64,000 bases of DNA from Carpediemonas membranifera BICM (Eukaryota > Protista > Fornicata). This document shows positions 22,173 through 33,255 of the stretch, one piece after another. A model generated the notes under the pieces. The model was not told the origin of the DNA and made no database searches. It was given only the letters and a program-made list of their open reading frames with translations. Each line of letters begins with the position of its first letter. Within the stretch, counting starts at the first letter, position 1. The position numbers and the translations under genes were made by a program. The stretch spans positions 744,001-808,000 of the forward strand of contig JAHDYR010000012.1 of NCBI GenBank assembly GCA_019828565.1, written 5' to 3'.

Positions 22173-23161
22173 TGTCCATGCTCCGAACTATATAGGCCAT
22201 TCTTTCAAAAAGGCGCGGTCCTAAAAATGCGTCGCCCTTTTCTGAGTAGCGGGGCCTTTCTGTGTAGTTGTTGTTGCTTTGTTCGTAGTCTCCTTTTAGC
22301 CTCTATCGACGGCCCCTGTTTCCCTTTTGTGCTGCCCTTCCTTCCTTGTGGTCTTGACAAAACCATGTAGCCGCCGGTGCTAGCACTGGCCCTCGACGGT
22401 TGTTTTCCTTTTCCTTGTAAACATACGTTCCATGAAGACACTTTGATTCCTTGGTATGGGCGTGGAGCTCCCACTCGCGCCCAGCGGTATGCCCTGATAG
22501 CAACCCTTGAATGTTCAGACAGGAGGCCAAGGCCGCTCCTTCTGAGCTCCATGGGGCACTGCCCTATCCATATAGGCCAGGCCTGTTGGTCCTTGTCCAT
22601 CCATGATCGAAGTGTTTCCACTTTGCTGAAATCATTGGTGAACTGCGGGAAAGTTGTGGGCAAGCGCGTTTCAGTATGCGCCCTCCTCGGCGTAAATGGG
22701 ATCATAGACCGGGCTATCACCGAGGGAACGTACAACGCGGACGACTTCTTTACTGTTCTACGTCGCTTCTTAGAGCGTATCCGCGGTCAGCACAAGGTCA
22801 TGGTGCTCGATAACGCACGGAGTCATAAGACGGGACGCGCTGAGCTGTATGAGCCACTGAGCAAGGAGTACGGAGTAACCTTCTTCTTTCTACCTGGCTA
22901 TGCTCCTTTTTTGAACCCCATTGAGACAGTGTTTGCCTGTGTGAAGAGAGAAGTGATCAAAAACCGTGGCAGGAACGAAGATGCCCTGCCATACATCACC
23001 GAAGCCTTCGATAGCGTGTCAGAACTTGTCAACTTGCCCGCATTGTTCCGTAAAGTGGGGTATTGGTAAACGTGCAGTTTATGTCATCACCTCCAAGGCG
23101 CCATACACGGACCATGGGCAACACTGAGGATAATAAACGATCAAGAGGTGCAACCAAAGGT

Positions 23162-23632
23162 TTATTCTTCCACGTCGTCTTCCTCTGTACCGTCCAACCC
23201 AGACGCATCCAGCGCCTGAGATGGTGAGACAGTACTGACGCGACCAGCTGCCAGGCGCCTGTTGTGTAGCCACGTATAGAGATCAGCTACTGCTTCAGTA
23301 GGCACAGGAACATGCACGAAGCTTGCGTCGACTGGAAGAGCCGGTGGTGATGATACAGAGATGAAGGACCCGGATGACTGGGATGATGAACGGCTGTATT
23401 CGCGATGCGAAAGGCCCATTGGAATCTCAGTCATATCTGCCTTGTCGAGGATAACTTGAACCGCCCATGAAGCGATTCTCTCAACCGGAAGGCGCTTCGC
23501 TGTCCCATTCGCCGTCAGTATGTCTCGCATTGTCCCCAAAATGCTACACCCACCATCTAGCTTGTTTTTAAGGGTAACAAGCGGGCAGGTTCCGGCGTGA
23601 TGGCCTGTTGCGCGGCATATAGTACAAGGCAT
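23162..23632 (-). CDS. Passenger ORF of the DNA transposon with an N-terminal CCHC zinc knuckle
   Basis: CTICRATGHHAGTC (CX2CX4HX4C) and an acidic tail; lies inside the TIRs, convergent with the transposase. Confidence 0.75.
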   Translation of the reverse strand: MPCTICRATGHHAGTCPLVTLKNKLDGGCSILGTMRDILTANGTAKRLPVERIASWAVQVILDKADMTEIPMGLSHREYSRSSSQSSGSFISVSSPPALPVDASFVHVPVPTEAVADLYTWLHNRRLAAGRVSTVSPSQALDASGLDGTEEDDVEE

Positions 23633-23728
23633 TCCAACTTTCCTTTGAATGAATCAAAAATCCTTTTGGAATGCGTCATTTAGTTTGGTTCTCACAATAT
23701 CTAAAACCTCCAAAATCCAGGATTCGTC

Positions 23729-23801
23729 GTCTACGTAGCTCAGTCGGTAGAGCGTCTGCTTTGCATGCAGAAGGCCTGGGGTTCAAATCCCCACGTGGAC
23801 A
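23729..23801 (+). tRNA. tRNA with UGC (Ala) anticodon and non-canonical acceptor stem
   Basis: GTCTACG/CGTGGAC acceptor, GCTC/GAGC D stem, TCTGC-TTTGCAT-GCAGA anticodon arm, TGGGG-TTCAAAT-CCCCA T arm; T5 terminator at 23809-23813. Confidence 0.9.
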
Positions 23802-24365
23802 GATACCCTTTTTATTTTGGGCGAGATGTCCACAAAGTGTGGCGCTAGCTGTCCTAGCCTCTAGACATACTTGCTCTACCCAACGGGGGGCGATCGTTTA
23901 TTAAAGAAGAGAGCTAGTGTAAACGATCAGGGGACTCCGGCCAGCTTACCTACTGGGCGGATATACCGGTCTTGACCAGTATCGTGCCGTCGGATCTGGA
24001 TGTTCCGAATTTTCTACCATTCTGCCCGCATAAACTGCGCGGCTCGCCTGGTCGGCGCATCACCATGCCGGAGCGAGGCGATCTCATTGCCCTCCGCTCA
24101 CGGCCCGTTACCCGAGGTAACCTGTCAGCGCGATGTAACGCCAGCTAGCTGTCCTAGCCTCTAGACATACTTGCTCTACCCAACGGGGATATCCCACCGG
24201 CAACGAGCATAGTGGAATGGCTTGCAGGCACGCTTGCGAGCCCAAACCGACCGTCTCCTCGAGAGACCGCGTCAAAGAATGTCTGTTGTGGCTTACATCT
24301 GCCGTTGTAACGCGTGTCAGCCCCACCCTACCTAGCTCTCCCAGCCACTAGCTCCCGTCAGAGAT

Positions 24366-25940
24366 TTAAAGTGGTGGTTGGAGAAGGATGGAGGCCAGGT
24401 GTCCCTGGACCCCCGGGTGTGTGCGGACCCCGTTGCCCATATATCTCAGCATGCTTTTCGTGGAGGCCCACGTCCCCATGGACAGGAGGACTTCGGTACT
24501 CGTGTGGGCTACCGCCAACTCCGTGGTGGCGCCCTTGCGGAATGAGTGCCACGAAATGTCGGTGCCGTACGCCTGGTGGATCCAGTGGCGGAGGGTTGAC
24601 GCCGGTAGCGGCTTCGATAGTGAAATACCACCGGTTGAGGTGATCGCCCGCCAGATGAGGTCGTCGTCGCGGCGCGTTGCCGTGGGGACCCATGCCTTCA
24701 GGGCCCTTGCTGGGTTAAAGCGGGCCCACGATTGGTTTGGTACCAGCTTGCGGACGCCTGTGGCAGTCTTAGTTCTCGCGAACAGAAGGAGGGCATTGCC
24801 ATCAGCGTCGAACTCGACGTCTCTTCGTCTGAGCCCAAAGATCTCTGCGCCTCTACTCACGGTGATAAAGCAGAGAGCAGAAAAGAGGGCGGCCTGGAAG
24901 GCTTGGGGTGACTTCCGACGTCTGTCTATGACCCTGCGGACTCTCGCGGACGTGACAGGCTTCGCACCCCCGGTCAGGCCTTCTACAGAGGCGACGTTCC
25001 GGGCGGCGGCGATTATCTGCTTGGCAGCGATCGGGGGGCGCCAGTCAGACACGAGTGGGGCGGCCTCGCAAATCCAGTAGCCTTTCCTGTGTATCGACTG
25101 TGGGCCCGACGTGGTACCCTCGGTCAGAAGGAACTCTTTGAGCTGTTGCGCGTGTGAGTGGCTCGCGTTGCGGGATTGGAGGAATTTGGCGACCCAGCCC
25201 GCTGCTGTGCGGCGCGACGATTCGTTTCTGAAATGTGATAGTCGGTCGTCAGCGAGGAGGGCTTGGAACGGGTCCTCAGGATAAGCGCCACGAAGCGGAT
25301 CTTGCCCTTGTCTGTCGCTGTCCAGGCTAGCTCGGACTGCAGGAGGTGTTTCGCCTGGACTCTGAGGTACAACTTGAGGGGTGTCAAACGTTTGATGGCT
25401 CGGACCTCGGGCGAGTTGAGGTCCGGGCACAGGACTATCGCCGCTGATCTCCAGTGTCGAGGGTTCCCAGTCTGGGTCGAGGCGCGTATTGTCTGGAGGC
25501 GACGACACGTCACTCCAAGAAGGGCTATAGGAGGAGCTATATAAATCCTGACTCCCCTCCAGTCCATCTGGAAGCCGTTGTCGTGGATTGACCAGGCTAT
25601 TTATGCAAAGCCTGGTAAGGCCAGAACCTTGTCGGGGCGTGCTGTGACGTCGATCTCGACCGGCCCCCACTTGCGCATGATGGTTTCCAAGACTTCTCGG
25701 GGTGACGACCAGTCGAGCTTGGCGAACCTGGAGAGCCTGTCCGCCTGGACATTCAGGTGTCCGGCAATATGGAAGCAGTGGACGTCGAGGCGCTTGGTTT
25801 CTGCCGTGTTGTAGATGTCCTGTAGGATCTGGTGTGCGGCTGGGGGGGAGGTTCGGCGATCCCCGTCTGTTTACCCAGCTGATGGCAGCTGAGTTGTCGG
25901 CAAAGACTGTGAGAGAGGAGCGTGACTCCTGCTGGGGCAC
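24366..25940 (-). CDS. DIRS-A tyrosine recombinase (copy 1; start uncertain)
   Basis: Same R-K-HxxR-W-Y set as copy 0. Confidence 0.88.
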   Translation of the reverse strand: MPQQESRSSLTVFADNSAAISWVNRRGSPNLPPSRTPDPTGHLQHGRNQAPRRPLLPYCRTPECPGGQALQVRQARLVVTPRSLGNHHAQVGAGRDRRHSTPRQGSGLTRLCINSLVNPRQRLPDGLEGSQDLYSSSYSPSWSDVSSPPDNTRLDPDWEPSTLEISGDSPVPGPQLARGPSHQTFDTPQVVPQSPGETPPAVRASLDSDRQGQDPLRGAYPEDPFQALLADDRLSHFRNESSRRTAAGWVAKFLQSRNASHSHAQQLKEFLLTEGTTSGPQSIHRKGYWICEAAPLVSDWRPPIAAKQIIAAARNVASVEGLTGGAKPVTSARVRRVIDRRRKSPQAFQAALFSALCFITVSRGAEIFGLRRRDVEFDADGNALLLFARTKTATGVRKLVPNQSWARFNPARALKAWVPTATRRDDDLIWRAITSTGGISLSKPLPASTLRHWIHQAYGTDISWHSFRKGATTELAVAHTSTEVLLSMGTWASTKSMLRYMGNGVRTHPGVQGHLASILLQPPL

Positions 25941-27268
25941 GAGATTGATCGCCTGAGCGATCGCGAAGAGCTCCTTGACGCCAATGTGTTCCCCCTTGAG
26001 ATGAGGGGGGAAGGCACCCTGTGATGCCGCTCCCTTCTCCCCATTGAACAGGCATGCTCCCCAGCCGGACGTTGATGCGTCTGAGGTGACAGAAATCTGG
26101 AGCGTATCGCGTATTTCCCAGTCCGCTCTTGCTTCGGCGAACCTCTTGGGTGGGCGATCGCGGAGGAGGACTTGCCACGCCGCCAGCTGTGTAGTCCGTT
26201 AGGGACAAGAAAGCTTTACAGGGAAAAGAGACGACACCAAATGTGTCGACAGAAACCTGAAGACGATGTAAATAATACAACTATGTAAATATTGGGTAAG
26301 ACCCACGACAGCTGCCTGCGGATTTGGCTGGAGAGGTGGACGGTCTCCGTCGTAGGGGTGGCCTGCAGTGGTCTGAGTGCGAGGCGGGCGAACTGTGTGG
26401 TCCCTGCGAAGAATGACAGACGGCCTAGGAGCTTCTGCCAGTCTGAAGCTGTGATGGACCCGACCCGGAGGGCCTTGGAGATCGTGGCCGTGTAGGCCTC
26501 GGCCTTGTCTTTTGAGATTCTTAGGGACTCGCTTGCGGTGTCTATGTGGACACCTAGGTAGTCTACCTGCTGGGTCGGCGTGAGGACGCACTTGTTGAGG
26601 CCCGGTATCGCCCCCAGCGATAGCATGAGGTCGATGATCTGCGGGGTGACCGAAGCTAGGTACGATGGGGAGGCATGGGACACTAAGAAGTCGTCGAGAT
26701 AGACCGCGATGGTCACCCCGAACCTGTGTGCGATGATCTTTGCAAGCTGTATGGTCGTGCTCTGGAACACGTACGGCGCCGCTGTCCATCCGAAGCCGAG
26801 TGTGTTGTACCTGAATGCGCGGCCGTCCGGTAGGACCACGCCTAGGAGGGGGGAGTCTCGCGAGGCGACGCCAAGTTGGTGGTATCCCGATGCTAGGTCT
26901 ATCTTGATCATGTAGTCGTTCTTGTGCAGATTGCGGACCGCCCGTCTGATGCCGAACAGACGAAACACCCTCAGCTCTGCTGTCAACTCGTTCAGGGCTC
27001 GGAGGTCGTGCACGGGGCGGACATCGTCTTTGCCCTTCGACACCGCGAACAGGGGTGCGCTGTGACGCAGTTCGTCTATCGGGCACGGGGAGAGGACGCC
27101 CTTGGCGACTAGCTCTTCGATCTTCGGGAGTAGGCGGGGGTCCACTCGCCTTTGCGGTTCTGGTGGAGGGGGCGCAGAGGTGAGGTGGATAGGGACGCCA
27201 TCCCGCAGCCAGCTTACTACCTCGGGGGAGGCACCGAGTCTTGCCCACACCGGCCACTTTTTGTTCAT
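25124..27268 (-). pseudogene. DIRS-A RT-RNaseH-MT ORF interrupted by the solo LTR
   Basis: KIDLASGYHQ, LGFGW, YLDD; LTR at 26190-26310. Confidence 0.9.
26190..26310 (-). repeat. Solo LTR of Gypsy-1 (121 bp)
   Basis: TG...CA ends, GCTG TSD (26186-89, 26311-14), matches the LTRs at 41168 and 49268. Confidence 0.96.
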
Positions 27269-27297
27269 TGACGGGAACTGAACATCTGTGGCAAGGG

Positions 27298-27824
27298 CTA
27301 CTTCTTGTGCTTCTTGTGAAACCCCCCTTTGTTCTGGGGCTGGTCCTTTCTCTTACCCTTGGCTCTGGCTTTGGCTGCGCAGTAGGAGATGGCACGGGGG
27401 TTTTGGTCTGGGACGTGTTGAACAAGTCGAGAAACAGTTCGCAGGTTGCGTCCGACCAGTTGTCGTCCTTGAGGTCCAGAAGGGTACGGCGTGCTTGGAG
27501 TTCCACCAGGAGTCTTGCTTTGAGCGGCTCGTCGTCGAGGGCGTTGACGATCACCATCACGCGGCGAAGCCACTTTGCTTCCGCCTTAAGTGGTCTCTTT
27601 GTCGGAAGCTCGCCGTATGCATCCATCTCTGCCAGTGTTTGGTCAATATCCGCTTCATCTTGTTCAGGGAAGAAATCAATTTGAGATTCCTTCGGCGGCT
27701 CGGTCTCGGGCGGCGGAGGAGGCGGATTAAGCTTTGCAAGCTGTTGCGAGATGGTAGCGATTGAGGCTTCTAGGTTATTGAGCCTCGTTGCCGTCGGATC
27801 TGGATGTTCCGAATTTTCTACCAT
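27298..27824 (-). CDS. DIRS-A gag-like ORF (one homopolymer frameshift near 27397)
   Basis: Matches the intact 175-aa copy at 54419-54946; coiled-coil N-terminus and basic tail. Confidence 0.75.
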
Positions 27825-27954
27825 TCTGCCCGCATAAACTGCGCGGCTCGCCTGGTCGGCGCATCACCATGCCGGAGCGAGGCGATCTCATTGCCCTCCG
27901 CTCACGGCCCGTTACCCGAGGTAACCTGTCAGCGCGATGTAACGCCAAAGTGTG

Positions 27955-28179
27955 GCTCTATAACAGAGAGCCCTCCTCTTAAATCCAACCAAAATGGGGG
28001 GGGCGAGTATTTACTTCGGGTGGCTACCCCGAGCTCTTATGACAGACCCGGGTAAATCCTCGTCTTGCAATCCGGTCAGGTCCGGAACGGCTCCGACACC
28101 TGCCGATGCGTTTCGAAGTGTGACATAAAGTGCACATTGATCGGCGCGCGCAGGTGCCAGTGATGGTCCTGTGACAGGA
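27955..28179 (-). repeat. Solo A-B terminal remnant of DIRS-B (left boundary inferred)
   Basis: 28099-28179 matches the DIRS-B 5' repeat 38714-38794 with one mismatch; the upstream part mirrors the DIRS-A 3' end layout (terminal hairpin, CCAA..GGGGGGCG). Confidence 0.7.
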
Positions 28180-28687
28180 TTGTCAACCGTGCCGTCGTCT
28201 TGACCTTGTTACTCAACCAGAGAGGGGGAGTGTGTGAGCGATTAATTCGATTCACGGTGTTTTTAGTTGCCAAACTAGGGCCATCTATGACCCACCCTAT
28301 CCTGTTACGTCCCCTGTTTACAAATGGTTTGGCTAATTTGAGCATTTTCAGACTGAAACACAGTGTTAATGCAGCTTTTGGACAGTTAGGTCGTGCGAGG
28401 AGTTGTTCTAGGCGATGATCGTGTCGGGCTGACCTGGACGGGGCCACTGACCGGTGGTAATATGGCGGGTCTGCGCTGGATCGGGTGGTGTTACTGAGCT
28501 GTGAGACGTCTGTCGCCATGCGTTGGGTGGTCTGGCCGTCGCAGTGTTGGACACAGACAGATGCATCACACGACGTGTGCTTTGGTCTCAATAATTAGGT
28601 GGCACAAATGTCATGACTGTGTGACACGGCTTGTTACAGCACAAGACGGTCCGAGACGGTCGCTATGCCACTAATAGAACCAACTCA

Positions 28688-29181
28688 ATGATCGAATACG
28701 CCGAAGAGCTTTCCAATACTGTCCAGGTGATGACGAGGAACCGTGGCCTCGCTGCGCTTGATGAGAGCATTGGGACGATGGGGAAGCGCTTCATCGTCTT
28801 TGATATCGATAACACAGCTGAAAACAGACGACATTGGCGCGAGATCCTGCTTACCTCCTCTCCCGAGTTCACCATCGCCATTGGCGGCGTCATCCTCTTC
28901 ACCGAGCAGCTCGACCAGCGAGCCGACGACGGCAAGACCCTCCCCGAGCTCATCCAGGAGCTGGGCATGGTTACAGGCGTCAAGACGGACCTGGGCCAGG
29001 CCTCCATCGCGGGGACGGACGAGACGGTGCTCCAAGGGCTCGACAAGCTCCACGAGCGTTGCCACTGTTACCACAGCAAGGGAGCCCGCTTCTCCAAGTT
29101 CCGGGCCATTTTCTCCGTGGACGAGGCCAGGGGCTACCCGTCGGCCCGGGCGGTGCACATCAACGCCTTCACACTCGCCCG
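28688..29181 (+). pseudogene. 3'-truncated duplicate of the class I fructose-bisphosphate aldolase
   Basis: Matches 55810-56304, then switches abruptly to inverted transposase sequence. Confidence 0.92.
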
Positions 29182-29278
29182 TCCGCGTTGTACGTTCCCT
29201 CGGTGATAGCCCGGTCTATGATCCCATTTACGCCGAGGAGGGCGCATACTGAAACGCGCTTGCCCACAACTTTCCCGC
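29182..29278 (-). other. 97-bp inverted copy of the transposase flank 22645-22741
   Basis: Exact reverse complement, with 2-bp CG microhomology to the aldolase at 29180-29181. Confidence 0.93.
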
Positions 29279-29750
29279 AGTTCACCAATGATTTCAGCAA
29301 AGTGGAAACACTTCGATCATGGATGGACAAGGACCAACAGGCCTGGCCTATATGGATAGGGCAGTGCCCCATGGAGCTCAGAAGGAGCGGCCTTGGCCTC
29401 CTGTCTGAACATTCAAGGGTTGCTATCAGGGCATACCGCTGGGCGCGAGTGGGAGCTCCACGCCCATACCAAGGAATCAAAGTGTCTTCATGGAACGTAT
29501 GTTTACAAGGAAAAGGAAAACAACCGTCGAGGGCCAGTGCTAGCACCGGCGGCTACATGGTTTTGTCAAGACCACAAGGAAGGAAGGGCAGCACAAAAGG
29601 GAAACAGGGGCCGTCGATAGAGGCTAAAAGGAGACTACGAACAAAGCAACAACAACTACACAGAAAGGCCCCGCTACTCAGAAAAGGGCGACGCATTTTT
29701 AGGACCGCGCCTTTTTGAAAGAATGGCCTATATAGTTCGGAGCATGGACA

Positions 29751-32700
29751 ATGGGAGAAACTGGAAGGCCTGGACGGAGACCTCACCCGGATATGTACAT
29801 GTGGCCCGACTTTCGGACCCAAAAATTCCGACCCAGTTTATGGACTAGGAAAAGGGGAGAAATTTTGCACTCAACAATGCAGGTAGAAATACCGACAAGG
29901 ATCAGGGATTCCACGCAGAAGCAGTGGGAGGACATCAGGGAACTACTGGACAGCTTCCTCGCTGAAAGGAACGATTCAAGGACTCTACTTCTTCGTAGAA
30001 CAGGCAAGTTTACAGGAAAGTCGCTCAATGCGAACTCCAAAGGACGCAAGGAAGTAATCATGAACGCCAGACGCATCCTCTTCGCAACCGGCGTCACTGA
30101 CAACAAGGACATCATCCTCAGGAACCCATGCGGCATCCACGGCCTCCGCGACCTTTTCTACATGCTCACAGAGGCGCTCAACCCCAGAGACGAGGAAGCA
30201 AAGGACATGGCACAGGCACTGGAGCCCAAGACGCTGAAAGCGGGCTTCACTGGCATGGCAAGATGGCCATCTGAGAAGGACATCGAGACGGCGATCCTCA
30301 AGCCGAAGGAAGATGGGCCCATCGAATGGGATGTAGACAGGGACAGCGTCAAGAAGGCCGAAGGGTCGTTCATACTGGTATCAGGGGCTCATGGAGACGA
30401 GGCCGTAGAAGGCGTGCCTTACGACAAGGTATGGGATCCGGCAAACCAAGGCCCGGTCACCAGAGTGGCCTACGAGCAAGAGGACGGCAAGTACAGGGTC
30501 ATCCTAGAGCTAAGCGACACGTCAGCATGGTCCATCAGCCGCTTCATGGAGGAGGCTAGGGACATCCTCAGGCTTCAGGCACCGGAGGCCCCGGCCATAT
30601 GGCAGGCAGCATGGAACAAGTCAGGGATCTACCTGAAGGGCAGAACCAATATCCTGGGCGAAGGGGAGGAGACCCCCCTTAGCAACGAGCCGCCGTTCCG
30701 GAAGGTGAGGCTGGAAGTGCTCAAGGCCACCTCGGTCCGCAGCAATAGGGACGAACATGCCGATCTGGACAGGTCGTCCGCTAGCACGGTCATCGACGGA
30801 GACGAGGAGCAACATGTCAAGGACAAGGAGGAACGACGCCAGCAGGCCACCATGCCCGGCAGAAGAAGCCTCGACGACAGCCTCCTGGAAGTGAACAAGG
30901 ACATGGTCGGGGCCAACCAAGGCAAGATCGACCAGGACGAGGAGGTCGACTCAAACAAGGTCAGCAGCCAGCCGCCGAGGATGCCTAGAAAGGACAAGGA
31001 GAAACGACTGGTGATCGGAGCCATCGACTTCGAGTGCGCAGACCCTGGCGTCAAGAAGGCAGGGATCCCTGCCATCCCGGTTGAGGGCGGGATCGTACTC
31101 TTTGACCTCAGCACTGGGGACATTCTTGGACACGGGCATGGCCTGTATTACCAGGACATACCGGCAGCAAGCATGGACCAAGCGAGGTACACGGCATGGG
31201 CAGTGACGGGGCTGCCGCCGGCCACCTTCGTGGAGGTCGGGACGGGGCGGCCGCCGATCGAGTATGAGAAGCACATACATACTTTCAGGGACTGGGCCAA
31301 CCGCCTGGCGGCTCAGCTGGCAAGGATCGAAAGGTCGGAGGGTTGGAAGATAATCATGTATGCAAAGGGGGTGGAGATGGAAAGCTTCCTCCTCACGAAC
31401 CCCACAAATGGACTGGAGCAAGGAACCAGGGAATTCTTCCAAGCTAGGCTGGTGGACGAGAAGAAGCTACCAGAGATCCTGGAGAACAACGGCAAGGGAG
31501 GAGGCTGGCCAAAACCTCAGGGACAACCTCGACAAGGCCAACTACCTGGAAGCAGTAACAACATGGTCAAATGGATGGCAGAACAGGAGCGAGCCCAAGG
31601 GAGTCTGTCCGTACCACAGACACACCGCGGGTTGCTACCACTGTGGGTTGGCGGATACAGTAGTCTTCACAGCCAGGATCAGGGCCCTATGCAAGGAGAG
31701 GATGAGCACCCCAGACGTCTACCACTACATGGGTAAGGCACTCGACAAGACCATGGAAGCAGTCGGGAAGGCGGAGCCGGGCATGGATATCATGGGAGGC
31801 CCGGAATTCGCGACAAGGAGGGACACCTTTGAGATCTTCGGCACGTACCCGATCGGGGACGCAAGGGACGTCAGCAGGGAAGTCGGCGACAGGATCCTCG
31901 TAGTCCCGGACAACGGACACCGCTTCGGCATCGGCTTCGGGTTCGGGGAGGTTCTGTTGGGCATGAAGGGCATCTTACTGGCCCCCCTCACAATCATGGA
32001 CAACGAAGGAGTGCTGGAGAGAAGCCCACTATGGACCATCATGGAAGAGCCACGGCTAACCAGCTCCGCATGGTACGCGTCAGGAAGGGCCTAGGGGCAG
32101 CAAGGGAGGAGGACATCATAACCATGGCCATGCTATACGAGTGGTGGCCCTCGAAGGAGGCTACGGCTCATCAAGGAGTCTGGGGCTGCGACGACCTAGC
32201 AGAGAGCCTCAGGGACTATGAGAAGGTCATAGTCAACGTCAAGGCCCCCAGGAACAGGGGTAGGATCACCCTAGGGGCGAGCTTCATCCCGAGAGACTGG
32301 GGCATGGTCAGGGTCAGCGAGGCTGGGACCATCCTAAGCCGCATGCGCAAGGAAGGGGCCAGACTAGTCTCGGCAGCTATCCCGGACGAGCCCAGAGCCA
32401 ACACAGTCAATGTCCCAGGCATCACGTATGTCCCCACCATCGACGGAAAGTCCGAACAGCCATACCAAAGTAGGTTCTTCGACAACGGCCTGGAGGAAAA
32501 GGCGAGGCGGATTAGCACCAGGATGGTGGGCAGGCACTTCGGCCAGGACGCGGATCAAGGACATCACGACCAGCATGGAGACAGGGAAGAGGACAGAAGG
32601 GTAGGACACGGAGCCGGCGGTAGAGCTGGTGTCAGAGCTGACGACAGAACCGGCGACAGAGCTGGTAACATGAACAGGACCTCGGATCGTAACCACGGAG

Positions 32701-33255
32701 GAGACGACAGGGAGAGACAGGACAACACGGGAACGCAGATGAGAGGCTCGTTCAGCGGGAACACCTGGGCCGGTAGAGGCTCAGAGGGAGGCATGGACAA
32801 CAGCAAGGATCACTCTTCCTCCACGACGCTCAAGCGCAAGGAGGGCAGCACGAGTAGGATCATGGACTCGGACAGCGGAAAGAGAAGCAGGCACGAAGAG
32901 GACATGGACTGGGAGTCTGGAAGCAGACAGGCAACCGGCATGGACTCGGAGAAGCTGCGGCTCCGAAAGCAGTTGGCAGAGGCGCAACAAGAGATCTCAG
33001 CGCTCAAGGCTGCCCGACTCATGCAAGAGCAAGGCCACGGAAGGTTGGTGCTCTCCGGCGTCGCGACTAAGCCCAGCAAGGAGAAGCCCACGATCCCCCG
33101 GCACAAGCACAAGAAGGCTAAGAAGGCCAAGCAGATCTCACCCATGGACCTGATGACCCAGTTCATCACGGTAATGCAGAGTCTACAAGGACAGCAAGTG
33201 AGTCAGGCCGAGGACAGCTGCAGCGGCAGTGGGGGAGTCCACGGAGGAGGAGTAA
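29751..33255 (+). CDS. LINE-B ORF1 copy 2 (MAEL/DEDDh domain at ~31008-31656)
   Basis: Homopolymer indels near 31497, 31985 and 33233, all at positions that are intact in copy 1. Confidence 0.83.

Larger units (their letters stand above)
16319..22644 (-). mobile_element. LINE-B copy 1: RT-less non-LTR element
   Basis: 15-bp TSD GCGGGAAAGTTGTGG (16304-16318, 22645-22659), (TTTC)n-like 3' tail, ORF1 plus APE-only ORF2. Confidence 0.93.
15772..23069 (+). pseudogene. DD37E transposase split by LINE-B (15772-16318 + 22660-23069, 318 aa when rejoined)
   Basis: HTH (LGIISRSTVTRW), VFLDET, VLDNARSH, LPGYAPFLNPIE. The frame is restored exactly on removing the insert and one TSD copy. Confidence 0.93.
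15706..23697 (+). mobile_element. IS630/Tc1-mariner-like DNA transposon (about 1.65 kb without the nested LINE-B)
   Basis: Imperfect 29-bp TIRs at 15706-15734 and 23669-23697 (23/29 match, inner 14 bp TAAATGACGCATTC perfect), with TA on both sides (15704-05, 23698-99). Confidence 0.88.
23844..27947 (-). mobile_element. DIRS-A copy 1: full-length PAT-like element (about 3.98 kb) carrying a solo LTR
   Basis: A1 27789-27947 and A2 23985-24143 (159 bp); B1 24144-24188 and B2 23844-23888 (45 bp). Order A1-gag-RT/RH/MT-YR-B1-A2-B2. Confidence 0.95.

Noticed and set aside
23729-23801. GCA codon reassignment
   Set aside because: GCA occurs at a conserved Ala in the aldolase, and I saw no other evidence for reassignment.
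23844-27947. Classification as DIRS-1-type (ITR) or Ngaro, or as a prophage integrase
   Set aside because: Split direct repeats plus an MT-like domain fit PAT-like better (phylogeny still needed), and the YR is embedded in a gag-RT element.
29182-29278. Simple 5' transduction by LINE-B
   Set aside because: There is no TSD, the flanks are unrelated, and the 3' half differs from copy 1, so a DNA-level chimera fits better.
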